DNA of 64,000 bases, from positions 126,234,001 to 126,298,000 of the forward strand of contig CM059431.1 in assembly GCA_030390025.1 (NCBI GenBank), given 5' to 3'. A program made the position numbers and the translations under genes. Origin of the DNA: Squalus acanthias (taxonomy: Eukaryota). Positions 37,038 to 50,491 of the stretch are shown here, in pieces. Numbering within the stretch: position 1 is the stretch's first letter; every line of letters begins with the position of its first letter. Below the pieces are notes generated by a model that did not search any database, was not told the origin of the DNA, and saw nothing but the letters and a program-made list of their open reading frames with translations.

Positions 37038-38910
37038 AAAACATAGAAACATAGATAAATAGGAGCAGGAGTAGGCCATTTGGCCCTTCGAGCCTGCTCC
37101 GCCATTCAATATGATCATGGCTGATCCTCCATCTGAATACCATATTCCTGTTCCCTCCCCATACCCCTTGATGCCTTTTGTGTCTAGAAATCTATCTATC
37201 TCCTTCTTAAATATATTCAGTGACTTGGCCTCCACAGCCTTCTGTGGTAGAAAATTCCACAGGTTCAACACCCTCTGAGTGAAGAAATTTCTCCTCATCT
37301 CAGTCCTAAATGTCCTACCCCATATCCTGAGACTGTGGCCCCTTGTTCTAGACCCCCAGCCAGGGTACACATCCTCCCTGCATCCAGTCTGTCTAGCCCT
37401 GTCAGAATTTTATACGTTTCAATGAGATCCCCTCTCATTCTTCTAAACTCTAGTGAATACAGGCCTAGTCAACCCAATCTCTCCTCATACGACAGTCCTG
37501 CCATCCCAGGAATCAGTCTGGTGAACCTTCGCTGCACTCCCTCTATGGCAAGTATATCCTTTCATAGGTAAGGAGACCAAAACTGCACACAGTACTCCAG
37601 GTGTGGTCTCACCAAGGCCCTGTACAACTGCAGTAAGACATCCTTGCTCCTGTACTCAAATCCTCTTGCAATGAAGGCCAACATACCATTTGCCTTCCTA
37701 ACTGCTTGCTGCACCTACATGTTTGCTTTCAGTAACTGGTGTACAAGGACACCCAGGTCCCTTTGTACATCAGCATTTCCCAATCTACCACCATTTAAAT
37801 AATACTCTGCCTTTCTGTTTTTCCTACCGAAGTGGATAACATTTATCCACATTATACTGCATCTGCCATGTATTTGCCCACTCACTCAACTTGTCTAAAT
37901 CGCCTTGAAGTCTTTGCATCCTCCTCACAACTCACAATCCCACCTAGTTTTGTGTCGTCAGCAAACTTGGAAATATTACATTTGGTTCCCTCATCCAAAT
38001 CATTGATATATATGGTGAGTAGCTGGGGCCCAAACACTGATCCCTGCGGTACCCCACTAGTCACCGCCTGCCACCTCGAAAAAGATCCATTTATTCCTAC
38101 TCTCTGTTTCCTGTCTGTTAACCAATTTTCAATCCATGCCAGTATATTACCCCCAATCCCATGTGCTATAATTTTGCACACTAACCTCTTGTGTGGGACT
38201 TTATCAAAGGCCTTCTGAAAATCCAAATTCACTACATCCACTGGTTCTCCCTTATCTATTCTTCCAGTTACATCCTCAAAAAGCTCCAGTAGGTTTGTCA
38301 AACACAATTTCCCTTTCATAAATCCATGTTGACTTTGTCTACTCCCGTTGATATTTTCTAAGTGTCCTGTTATCACATCCTTTATAATAGACTCTAGCAT
38401 TTTCCCTACTACTGATATTAGGCTAACCGGTCTGTAGTTCCCTGTTTTCTCTCTCCCTCATTTTTTTAAATAGTGGGGTTACATTTGCCACCCTCTAATC
38501 TGCAGGAACTGTTCAATAATCTATAGAATTTTGGAAGATGACAACCAATGCATTCACTATTTCCATGGCTACCTCTTTTAGTACTCTGGGATGCAGATTA
38601 TCAGGCCCTGGGGATTTATCAGCTTTCAGTCCCATTAATTTCTCCAGCGCTATTTTTTTACTAATACTTATTTCCTTTAATTCCTCCTTTTCACTAGACC
38701 CTTGGTTCCCTAGCATTTCTGTGAAGTTATTTGTGTCCTCTTCCGTGAAGACAGAACCAAAGTATTTGTTTAATTGCTCTACCATTTCCTTGTTCCCCAT
38801 TATAAATTCTCCCGTTTCTGACTGTAAGGGACCTACATTTGTCTTCACTAATCTTTTTCTTTTTACATACTCGTAGAAGCTTTTACAATCCACTTTTATG
38901 TTCCTTGCAA
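37038..38910 (-). mobile_element. CR1 LINE, 5'-truncated, frameshifted
   Basis: ORFs 38513..38893, 37882..38400 and 36987..37370 with KSPGPDNLHPRVL, QHGFMKG, FDKVPH, GVPQGS, FADDTKL; (ctatgttt)n tail. Confidence 0.95.
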
Positions 38911-38990
38911 GAGGTCAACTTGCTCCAAAGGAGAGCTAGTAACTGTATTATCACAATGGAAGCGAAGGTGGAAATAAGTTTATAGACAAT

Positions 38991-39718
38991 GGCCTGGATA
39001 TTCCGATCCCTACGGGTGGGTACGCGCTGTGTACCCACCCGTAGGGACATCGGAAATTCCGGTTTCAGGTATGCACAGGCATGCACAGCGCATGTGCTGA
39101 AAAGCGGCATTTCTGATCTGTCAAGAATGGTCTTGACAGATCCTCCGGCTGCACTGGAGAAGGGCCTCTGGGAAGTTATTTGTGTCCTCTTCCACTTTTT
39201 GGAGACACTCCGCCCGCGGAACACCCTTACAATTCTTACGTCTGGTAAAAGCAGGGGCGTAAGGCCTGCTTTTACCAGGATAAGAGTTGAAAAAAAGTTT
39301 AAAAAAAAATTTCACTGATATATCATTTAAAAATACTTTAAAAAAAGGTAAGTTTATTTTTAGCCCTGTAAAAAACTTTAATTATTTTTTTCAAAAAATT
39401 AAATTTTTGTTTAAAATACTTAATTTATTGCAATTTCAAGTCATTTTAAAAATGTGATTTAAAAAAAAAAATGTATTTAAAGTATTACTATGTTTTTTCA
39501 TTGATCTCCATTCATATATTTGACAGGTCTTCCCACGTGATCCCAGGGATGCTGCAAACTATATGCGCCCCTGGGATACGTGGGACTTGCACACTTCAAG
39601 TTTGGAGAGGCCCAGGAGCGGAAGCGTGTGCGTCCCGGGAGCCCTCAGGTAAGGGCGCAGATTTTTCCAGATCGCAGGCCTCCGCCCGCGGGAGGCCTGC
39701 GATCGGAAGATATGGGCC
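38991..39718. mobile_element. Harbinger-type MITE composed of serial hairpins
   Basis: Termini ggcctggatattccgatc / gatcggaagatatgggcc; flanks AAT/ATT; AT-rich core; architecture resembles 26224-26988. Confidence 0.78.
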
Positions 39719-40412
39719 ATTACTAAAGAAATTTTTCAATGGATCAGAAGGAATGATTGCTGGAGGGACAAGAACCTAACAGCTGATACTTTTTTCCAAT
39801 GAACTTACGTTTAGCAGCTGGAATAGTGAATTTACAGAGGGCCCAAGCAGAGGTGATGTAGGATTCATATGTTGGGATTTTTTGACCATTTTTGCCACAG
39901 AAAGACTTTGTAAAACAAATTACATTTAAGGGTTGTGTTTTGAAGCAAGTATTTTCACACATGTTTATAAAAAAGGCTCTGAGCTAAAAGTTCATTAAAA
40001 TGTTAAGCTTTTGATGTTTTGCAGCAAAGACTGATTTGTTCTTTGTGGGTCCTTACTGTGTGCCAATTGGCTTCCATATTCGGCTATATAACAGTAACTA
40101 CACTTCAAAAGTAATTGGCTGCGAAACATTTTGGGACATCGGCACGTTCTTTCTCGTTTTCTTCTATTGACTGCACCAGCCCGATGTTGCATGTTAGCTG
40201 TAAATGTCTTAGCACAGATAACCCAGCTCTGCAGTCAGCATTCTCTGCTGACCCAGATCATATGAAGACATGATCATCTACATGTAGCTGCAACCATTCC
40301 TACAGATATATTTGGTGGCATCTTCATGGATGTGGCTGATCAAGTTATGCTAGCTGCTGATCACCTCAGCATGCCTTCTTTCATGCAGTACCACTGAAAG
40401 CATAATGTACTG

Positions 40413-41922
40413 CCCTAGAAAGCCGATTGCACCCGGAAACCAGTGTCCAGGAGGCAGAGTGCGCACTGCATCCACCTGATAACGTAGACTCAAGCAACAT
40501 GCAATATTCGTGCTGCCTGATCAATTCAATCATGCAGGCATGCAGCCGGCACTATCCACGTTGCTCATTGGCTGCATGCCTATCGGGCGGGATGTATATC
40601 AGATGTTTCTGACGTCACTTAAAGGCAGCCAGCATCTCTTAAAGGGGAGGTGTACTCTGGTTGCACATCAAAGGTTATTGACAAATCTGGATGCTCAGGG
40701 GTGTACTACAAACCTCCTCCAGAACATCCAGGCAGCAGAAGTCTTGCTTGAACATATCGATGGACTGTTCGGGTACATGTCTGGTGGTGGCATGGCTCTC
40801 GTTGTAGGCCTGTTCTGCAGCTGTGCATGGGTTATTGGCAGGAGTCATGAGCCATCTCCAGAGGGGATAGCCCTTGTTGCCCAGTAGCCAGCCTTTAATT
40901 TTACGGCCTGGTTGGAATAAAGGTGGCTCAGAGGACTAGCACAGGATGAAATAGTCATGACTGCTGCCAGGACACCAGGTACAGAGCTGCACGATGCTCG
41001 GTCCATAGGGAAGGAGATGTAGGTGATCCTCTTGGTATAGCAAGCCTCAGTGACCTCTGTGATACAGTGGTGTACTATGAACTGTGACATGTCACTGATG
41101 TCACCAGCTGCAGCCTTAAAAGAGCCTGTGGCATAAAAGTTGAGGGCCATGGTCATCTTGACAGCCACAGGCAGAGTTGTACATGCTTTGGTGCAAGGGT
41201 CGGTTTATGGCTGCAGCAGGTGACATAGCTCGGTGATAGACTCCTTAATCAAGCATAAGCATCTCAGATATTGCTCCTGAGTAAAATTAATGTTGGAATA
41301 GTGTTCCCCATACATCTGCTGTGGATGTGGCCTCCTGCGCAGTGCCCTCCTCCTCCTCCCTCTTGTAGCAGCTGCTCATGTTCTCTGCTGTTTTCCTTGC
41401 TACTCACGTCGTCCTCCATCCCCAAGGCAGGCCTACCAAACGGCCCATGACTGCAGCCAAACTATCTCTGAGGCAGTCAACAACAGTGCAATAACAGCAA
41501 AATCTTGCTCTCTTCACACAAAGTGAACTTTCCAGCGTGATGAAACACACCAAGAAACATCCAGAAGTTAACCAGCAGCCTGAAATGACAAACCAGCAAC
41601 CTGTAAGTACTGCATGATCCCTTTAAATATCACTGGTGAATGCTCCTTCCTGCTGGTTAGCGCCACGTGTTGCTGTGCATGCTTAGCACATGGCTAGCAA
41701 TGCGCTGGGGCATATCAATATCGAAAACAGAGACTGCAAGGAGCACAGGACCCTAATGTAAATAACATGTTCTGCTGGATCTGGGTGCGCGCTCCTGATG
41801 CCAATGCAGCTACATGGCGGGCGGCGCACTTCCATCTCATAATGAGCATTCCTCTCCTGCCCACCATATTGAAAGGCTATAAGGCCATTTAGCACCAGAA
41901 AAACAGGCTGAATTTCTAGGCC
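40413..41922. mobile_element. Deleted Harbinger with N-terminal transposase remnant on - strand (~40845-41450)
   Basis: ORF 40845..41168 AVKMTMALNFYATGSFKAAAGDISDMSQFIVHHCITEVTEA is the HARBI1 N-terminal HTH region; right end gaatttctaggcc. Confidence 0.8.
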
Positions 41923-42906
41923 AGTGTGTTTGGGTGAGGAAGCACCCAACGTCTTGGATAGTGAAGCATTCACATGTTTTAGTGGTGCCACTGAGTCCAC
42001 TATCTCAGTTACCTTTGCAAATACGAGCCCCTGCCTGCACTAATTATCTGCTAAAATGTGATAGATTCACCTTTGTTTACTGGTGCAGCTGGGAAGGTGC
42101 CAGTGGATAGGTATAGAGCAGCTCTTGTACAGTCTGATCTGCCTGGCGTTCCACTATTGGTTCTCCCTTCTTCTTCCAATCCAATCAAATAGAGATATTC
42201 CCAGTTGAAAACCTATTAGTGGGATAATGGTACTGGGGGCAAAAAAGTAAAAAAAAAACCTGAACAATTAGCACAAAGATTCATGAAAATTAATTGCCAG
42301 CAGGGAAAAAGGAAACAGAGGAAAGATGGTTAAAAATTGGCTTTAAAACTGTTGATTTAATTTACTTACAGTGATGGTTAAATTGATTACTGCTTCCAGC
42401 TAATTCCCTAGCAAAACTGAATGTCCATGTCACGTAGGCATCAGTGGGAACTAACATCCTGCGTACCAGAGTGTTGGAAAATCTGTGCAGAATGTTGCTG
42501 CCCCCAAATGAATATTTCAAGAAAGTTCGCACCTGGTTTGATATGGTCACTTCCACAACTAGTGATTCCCACCCTACGGAAATTACATGTGACACAAAGT
42601 AGATGTAGACTCGACATGACAGGACTCGGCCAATTTTCTGGCCGTGTTGGCCTGAGTTGGACCTGTTAATTGGGTGGACCCAGTCAGAACATCTAGATTT
42701 ACATCTGGCCAGTAAATATATCTTAATTTTAACCACAAAAAATGGGTGGGTTGAGGTCAGGTGGGATGTTAAAATTTTAAAAATCTGCAACCCGACCCCA
42801 TCCCGCCTCCAACACTTCCGGTTTTAACGGAGGCAAGACGGGGGGGGCGGGGGGGGGGGCGGGCAACCAACCCACTCCCAGGAGGCGGTTTGTCCATTTA
42901 AATATT

Positions 42907-43644
42907 GGGCTAGAAATTCCCCTCGAGCCCCGTTTGGGGCGCTTAATCAGAAAAGCTGGAAAAGTTAGCGCCAGGCGCTAACCTCTTCCAGCCTCTCTGA
43001 AATTCCCATTTTTTGCTCCAGGAGGGAAGTAGAGCACTAAATCAAGCGTTCCACTTCCTTCTTGGAGCGCAAGAGATGGGGAAGTTCATGACCCGGGGCG
43101 CAGAGCTCAGCAGCGCCACGCACTGGGGACGCGTAGCGCTGCTGCATTGCAGGGGCTCTTCCCTGAATTAAAGTGAAGGGTCCCACGCTGCAAACTCTGC
43201 AGCATTTTTAAAAACTTACCTGGACCACCGGGAAGTAGGGGGTACCGTGCGATCAGCCCGGTTGCAGCACGGACCCCGCGTCTGGAGGCACAAGAAAAAG
43301 GTTTTTAAAAATCCGACATATTTTTCAAGGCGGTCGGACACCTATGGCGTTCCGCTAGTGGCCGGCCGCCCTGCTCGCGTCCCCTGTAGCAGTCGCTGCC
43401 ATTGCCTGGCGCTGCTGCAGCGGGCCAAGGGGAATTTTTGTGCCGGGGTGCGACCGGGGCGATGCGCCTGGAGATGATGTCATGATCTCCGGGCACAGGA
43501 GATTGGGGCGCAACCCGGTAACACCGGCGCTAACCTCCCGCCGAATTTGGCGGGAGGCGGGGTCAGCACGCGGCCGGGCGAAAAGGCCTTTGTGCCCCGT
43601 TAGCGCTCTCCACGGGAGGTGCAAAGGAGGGGAATTTCTCCCCC
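42907..43644. mobile_element. CpG-rich Harbinger-type MITE nested in another MITE (~42720-44208)
   Basis: TIR gggctagaaattcccctc / gaggggaatttctccccc; perfect 3-bp TSD ATT (42904-42906, 43645-43647). Confidence 0.85.
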
Positions 43645-44443
43645 ATTATAATGAAGCTGCGTGCCTCATATTTAACCTGTCTTCCAGATTTAACCCGGCA
43701 GCTGAAAGGAGGTGAAGAAGGCTGTGTGGAAAAGGTAAGTGCCTTTACAGCATTGCTTGTGGGCCAAGAGGAGCAGGAGTGCTTCCTTCAGGCCCACCAA
43801 GCTTACCAGCTTCTCTGTCCATCATCGAAACCCGCGCACCCCGCCCACTCCCCCCCCCCCCCCGCCCCCGGATTGGACCCCCGGGATCAGGGATCGGACT
43901 CTCCCCAGGATTAGGGATGCCCCCCGGTCCAACTTGCCCCTCCCCCCGGGGGATTGGGGATCACCTCGTCCCCAAGATCCAGAACCCCACCCTCACTAAC
44001 GCAGCTGCAGGCTCCCTACCTGGTCCTGGGGCTGCGGCATCCTCCAGAGCATTCCTCGCCCGACAGGGAGCCGAGCCTGTCAAACAGGCTGGCTTCCGGG
44101 CAGGGAACCTTCTCGAAAGAAAAGACCCACGCTGTGTAGTTAAAACTCCTTCCCGCTCCCCCGCCCTCCCCATGCTCACGGAACCCGCCCCAGTAAATAT
44201 CGGGGCCATAGAATCATACAACAGGGAAGAAGTTTTTAATCTTTTCTCAATTGAAAATATGCTCACTGTTGAAAATGCTTGTTATCCATTCTGTATCCAT
44301 ATTACATTGTATTTTTTATTTGAATTATTCTTTCAAGATGCTGCTATTTATTTAATGTTTCAGGTACACAATGCAAAATTGAAAAGTAAAATACTAGATC
44401 TATGGGAAATTATAAATTATACAGATCGATGTAGAAGCAAAAA

Positions 44444-44853
44444 TAGGGAACGGTAGCATAGTGGTTATGTTACTTGGACTAGTAATTCAGAGGCCTGGAC
44501 TAATGATCCATGAGACGTGAGTTCAAATCCCACCACTGCAGTTGGGGATTTTAAATTCAGTTAATCTGGAATAAAAAAGCTAGTATCAGTAATGGTGATC
44601 ATGAAACTACAGTATTGTCATAAAAACCCATCTGGTTCACTAATGTCCTTTAGGGAAGGAAATCTGTCATCCTTACCTGGTCTGGCCTGTATGTGACTCC
44701 AGACCCTACAGCAGTGTGGTTGACTCTGAAATGGCCTAGCAAGCCATTCAGTTGTTTCACCACCACCTTCTCAAGGGCAATTAGGGATGTGCAATAAATG
44801 CTGGCCTTGCCAGAGACGCCCACATTCACAAGCTATGAACAAATAAAAAAAAA
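44444..44853 (+). mobile_element. tRNA-derived SINE (MER131-like from memory) with a LINE-derived 3' tail
   Basis: Box A-like tagcatagtgg and box B-like gttcaaatcc; body cccatctggttcactaatgtcc; tail matches the 29545-31214 LINE 3' end; A-rich end. Confidence 0.75.
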
Positions 44854-46955
44854 TCCATATCAACACATTTTTTATAATATGATGATCCGATATATGATTT
44901 GTCATCAATATTGGTTTATTGGGATTGCTTGCAAAATGACAATAGCATTTTGTTTTACATTTCCACACTATGATTTTATAGGCACTTTTGAGAGACATTT
45001 TTAATGTTGTAAAGGTTTTCTTTTCCTGGGAAACAGCTTTCAATACATCAGGTCATATTCCTTTGACACATATTAGTGAGGTAACTATATTTTGGAAAAT
45101 ACCAAATAGACTTTTCATCACAACTACAAAGTGTTGTGGTGCTATCAGTCTTGTTTCTCATACTTGTGCTTTCAGTGTTGCTCAGTTATAAATGACTGTG
45201 AAGCCATTAAACAAATGAATACAAAAAGTAATATCATGTACTGAAACACCATTAAAATAGAATTAACTGTTCTTCTGATTTTATAATCAGTTCAAGGTAC
45301 AGTTTGATCTGATTTAAGTTGAAAAAATGATTTCCTATTACCTTACAATATTTAATCTTGCTATGTAATCTATCTCCTGAGATCACCTACCTCATTACTT
45401 GTTTAACAGTAAGCACTTGAGATTTAGCTTGGAAGTTTATAAAACCTTAAACAACTATAACCTGCAGCACTGAGTCCAGTGAATTTTCTGTGATTGACAA
45501 GTCAAGTGTATCTTATTGCATGAGGAGGGGTACCTCTAAACTTGGAGAGCAAAATATCATTTAGGCCGAGACCTCCTTTTGGGGAAAATTGAGCATTATG
45601 GGCAAATCAGGATTTCGACATTAGTATAGAAGTGTTACCACAGGTTTAACATACTTCACAAGTGAATAAAACAGGAATTTCATCAGTGATTTAGCTGCTT
45701 GTGAAGTGTGGAAGGAGCATTATCAAAGGTGCATAGAGATCAGCCAGCTTTATTTTCTTGCTATTGAATCTGTAATAAACAAATCCATCTGCTGCTAAGT
45801 AGTACGCGTCCACCATGTTGATCTGGGTCCATTTATATCTTTGAAAACAGGGCATTTAACCTATTGTTCAAAAAAAATAGATCTTAATCCACTTTTCAGA
45901 GGCAAGTGAAGGCCATGAGAGTAATTTTAACCTAACCCATCTGGTGGGAAACTGATAGGATCGGATTGGCTGTCTGTTGTAATTGGACATGGTGTGAAAC
46001 TGGCGGCAGATCCGATTCCATCAGTTTTCTGTCATGTGTGTGAAGTTAAAGTTACCCTCTGTTTCTAGTTATTGGTAATTGATGTGCACCTTTAGCTGCA
46101 TTGAAAGAGAATTTAACTGTAATAGGGACACTCGGATGGAAAGCATTATATGGGATGTGAGATATGATTATTTTGAGAGTTTGGCAGTTTATACCAGTGA
46201 AATGTAGGAAATGTAGGTCCTCCTTAATTAACTTGACTGAGTTCTTTGAATAACTGACCAAAATGGTGGATCAACAATGTCGGGTAGATGTTGTATACTT
46301 TGACTTCCAAAAAGTGTTGCACAGGTGACTATTCGAAACAAATAGATTTCATGGGACTATAGGACAGTTTTTACCCTGGATAGTAACTGGTTCAAGTCAT
46401 GTACACAGAGGATTGTTATTAATGGGAGTGGATCTAATTGGGGCCTGTTTATGAGCAGAGTTCCTCGGGGCTCTGTACGGCATTCATTGCTGTTCATCAT
46501 TTGAATTAATAATTTAAGATTATGAAAGGTGCGGGCAAATTGAATCCAAGTAAGCATTTTGCCATGTACAGAACATAAGCACAAGGGATCAGATTTAAAA
46601 TTAAGGACAATAAAAGAAAATAGGAAATGTAAGAGGAACATTTTTACTAAAAGGGTAGCAAGTATGTGGAACAGGTTATCGGTAAGGGTAATGGAATAAG
46701 AAACCTTGAAGGACATCAAGAAGGACCTAGACAGGTTGTTGTCAACAAATAGGTTTTAGGGTTCTTAGAAGTGCACCAAGGAAATACTGTGGATCGGTGG
46801 ACCAAAGGTCCTGCCTGAAACTGTAACTATCTAGAGGAGAGTTTGAAAAGAAACATTCTCAAATTCATGGATGAAATAAAAATGCACATGAAGGTTAGTA
46901 ATTCAGAACAAATCAATAGACTGCTGGCTGATTGAGACAAGATGGGTGAATGGGC

Positions 46956-47508
46956 CAGGGGTGGCTCTGCTGCACAGGACGGGAGGAAAAAGAGGGGTAG
47001 AGCTATAGTGATAGAGGATTCTATTGTAAGGGGAATAGATAGGCGTTTCTGTGGCCGCAAACGAGACTCCAGGATGGTGTGTTGCCTCCCTGGTGCAAGG
47101 GTCAAGGATGTCTCAGAGCGGCTGCAGAACATTTTGGAAGGGGAGGAGGAACAGCCAGTTGTCGTGGTGCATATAGGTACCAACGATATAGTTAAAAAAG
47201 GGGATGAGGTCCTAAAAGCTGAATATCGGGAGTTAGGAGGTAAATTAAAAAATAGGACCTCAAAGGTAGTAATCCCAGGATTGCTATCAGTGCCACGTGC
47301 TAGTCAGAGTAGAAATAGAAGGATATTTCAGATGAATACCTGGCTAGAGGAATGGTGCAAGGGGGAGGGATTCAAATTCCTGGGACATTGGAACCGGTTC
47401 TGGGGGAGGTGGGACCAGTACAAACCGGACGGTTTGCACCTGGGCAGGGCCGGGACCGATGTCCTAGGGGGAGTGTTTGCTAGTGCTCTGGGGGAGGATT
47501 TAAACTAA
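46956..47508 (+). CDS. CR1 ORF1 C-terminal SGNH/GDSL esterase domain (5'-truncated)
   Basis: AIVIEDSIVRG (GDS block, G>E), CLPGARVKDV, VVVHIGTND, DGLHL. Confidence 0.88.
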
Positions 47509-47630
47509 AATGGCAGAGGGTTGGGAACCTGAGCAGGGAGACATAGGAAAGGGAAACAAGGATAAGAGCAAAAGATAGGAAGGAGAAAAACAAAAGTGGC
47601 AGTCAGAGAAATCAACGGTTTAAATCAAAC

Positions 47631-50491
47631 ATGGCCACAGTAAATAATAATTCTACTAGGTCTAAGAGCGTTAAAAAAACAAGCCTGAAGGCTTTGTGTC
47701 TTAATGCGAGGAGCATTCGGAATAAGGTGGATGAATTAGCTGCACAAATAGAGGTAAACAAATATGATTTGATAGGGATTACGGAAACATGGCTCCAGGG
47801 TGGCCAAGGCTGGGAACTCAACATCCAGGGGTATTCAATATTCAGGAAAGAAAGGCAAAAAGGAAAGGGAGGTGGCGTAGCATTGCTGCTTAAAGAGGGG
47901 ATTAACACAATTGTAAGGAAGGATATTAGCTATGATGATGTGGAATCTGTATGGGTAGAACTGAGAAATACCAAGGGGCAGAAAACGTTAGTGGGAGTGG
48001 TATATAGACCTCCAAACAGTAATACGGATGTTGGGGATGGCATTAAAAGGGAAATTAGAGAAGCATGCAATAAGGGCACAGCAGTCATCCTGGGTGACTT
48101 TAATCTACATATAGATTGGGCTAGCCAAATTAGTAACAATACTGTGGAGGAGGAATTCCTAGAGTGCATACGGGATGGTTTCCTGGACCAATATGTCGAG
48201 GAACCAACCAGAGAGCAGGCCATCTTAGACTGGGTATTATGTAATGAGAAAGGATTAATTAGCAATCTTGTTGTGCGAGGCCCCTTGGGTCGGAGCGATC
48301 ATAGTATGATAGAATTCTTCATTAAGATGGAGAGTGAAGTAGTTGACTCAGAGACTAGGGTCCTGAATTTAAATAAAGGAAACTACGATGGTATGAGGTG
48401 CGAGTTGGGTAGGATTGATTGGAGAATGTCACTCAAAGGGTTAATGGTGGATAGGTAATGGCAAACATTCAAAGACCGCATGGATGAACTACAGAATTTG
48501 TTCATCCCAGTTTGGCATAAGAATAAAACAAAAAAGGTGACTCAACCGTGGCTAACAAGGGAAATTAGGGATAGCATAAGATCCAAGGAGAGCACATATA
48601 AATTGGCCAGAGAAAGCAGTAAACCTGAGGATTGGAGCAGTTTAGGATTCAACAAAGGAGGACAAAGGGAATAATTAAGAAGGGGAAAATAGAATATGAG
48701 AGGAAGCTTGCAGGGAACATAAAAACTGACTGTAAAAGCTTTTATAGATATGTGAAGAGAAAAAGATTGGTGAAGTCAAGCGTAGGTCCCTTGCAGTCAG
48801 AATCAGGGGCACTTATAATGGAGAACAAAGAAATGGCAGACCAATTAAATACATATTTTGGTTCTGTCTTCACAAAGGAGGACACAAATAACCTCCCAGA
48901 GATATTGGGGAACATAGGGTCTGATGAAAGGGAGGAACTGAAAGAAATCAGTATTTGTAGGGAAATGGTGTTAGGGAAATTGGCGGGATTGAAGGCCGAT
49001 AAATCCCCAGGGCCTGATAATCTACATCTTAGGGTACTTAAGGAAGTGGCCCTAGAAATAGTAGATGCATTGCTGATCATCTTCCAACATTGATGGAATC
49101 TGGAGCAATACCCATGGATTGGAGGGTAGCTAATGTTACCCCACTATTCAAAAAAGGCGGTAGAGAGAAAACAGGGAATTACAGACCGGTAAGCCTGACA
49201 TCGATAGTGGGGAAAATGCTAGAGTCCATTATAAAAGATGTAATAGCAGAGCACTTGGAAAACAGTGACAGGATCGGACAAAGTCAACATCGATTTACAA
49301 AAGGTAAATCAGTGCTTGACTAATCTACTGGAATTTTTTAAGGGTGTAACTGGTAAAATAGATAAGGGAGAACCAGTGGATGTTGTGTATTTGGACTTTC
49401 AAAAGCCTTTCGATAAGGTCCCGCATAAGAGATTAGCGTGCAAAGTTAAGGCACATGGGATTGGGGGCAAGGTATTGACTTGGATAGAGAACTGGTTGGC
49501 AGACAGAAAGCAAAGAGTTGCAATAAACGGGTCTTTTTCCGAGTGGCAGGCAGTGACTAGTGGGGTACCGCAGGGATCGGTCCTTGGACCCCAGCTATTC
49601 ACAATATATATCAATGATCTAGACAAGGGAATTAGATGTAATATCTCCAAGTTTGCAGACAACACAAAGCTGGGTGGGCATGTGTGCTGTGAGGAGGATG
49701 CCGAGAAACTCCAGGATGATTTGGACAGGTTGGGTGATTGGGCAGAAGCATGGCAGATGCAATATAATGTGGATAAATGTGAGGTTATCCACTTTGGTGT
49801 CAAAAACAGGAAGGCAGATTATTATCTGAATGGCAATAGATTGGGAGAAGGGGTTGTGCAACGAGACCTGGGTGTCCTTGTGCACCAGTCGCTGAAGGTA
49901 AGCATGCAGGTGCAGCAGGCGGTTAAGAAGGCAAATGGTATGTTGGCCTTCGTAGCGAGAGGGTTTGAGTACAGGAACAAGGATGTCTTGCTGCAGTTGT
50001 ACAGGGCCTTGGTGAGACCACATCTTGAGTACTGTGTGCAGTTTTGGTCGCCTTGTCTGAGGAAGGAGGTTCTTGCCATGGAAGGAGTTCAACGAAGATT
50101 CACCAGGCTGATACCTGGGATGGCAGGAAAGACGTATGAGGAGAGATTGGGTCGATTGGGCTTATACTCGCTGGAGTTTAGAAGAATGAGAGGGGATCTC
50201 ATTGAAACTTATAAAATTCTGAAGGGACTGGACAGACTAGATGCAGGAAGAATGTTCCCGATGGTCAGGGAGTCCAGAACCAGGGGTCACAGTCTAAGGA
50301 TAAGAGGTAAGCCATTTAGGACTGAGATGAGGAGGAATTTCTTCACCCAGAGAGTGGTGAACCTGTGGAATTCTCTAACACAGAAGGCAGTAGAGGCCAA
50401 TTCATTAAATATATTCAAGAAGGAGTTGGATATATTTCTTAAGGCTAAAGGGATCAAGGGATATGGGGAGAAAGCAGGGACAGGGTTCTGA
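47631..50491 (+). pseudogene. CR1 ORF2 APE endonuclease + reverse transcriptase, with a few stops/frameshifts
   Basis: LNARSIRNK, GITETWL, YRPPN, GDFN, SDH; PGPDNLH, NYRPVSLTS, FDKVPH, VPQGSVLGP, FADNTKL; split across ORFs 47631, 48480, 48632, 49090, 49265. Confidence 0.95.

Noticed and set aside
43779..44456. 225-aa Pro-rich ORF as a host gene (similarly 15598..16008, 17088..17555)
   Set aside because: Lies in or runs across GC-rich MITE sequence and unrelated flank; no domain, and no conservation between family copies.
44444..44535. tRNA gene
   Set aside because: A and B boxes are present but there is no convincing cloverleaf, and the sequence continues into a SINE body and LINE tail.
49399..50092. 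Long antisense ORFs over CR1 RT regions (also 58399, 59195, 61395)
   Set aside because: Shadow ORFs of LINE coding sequence.
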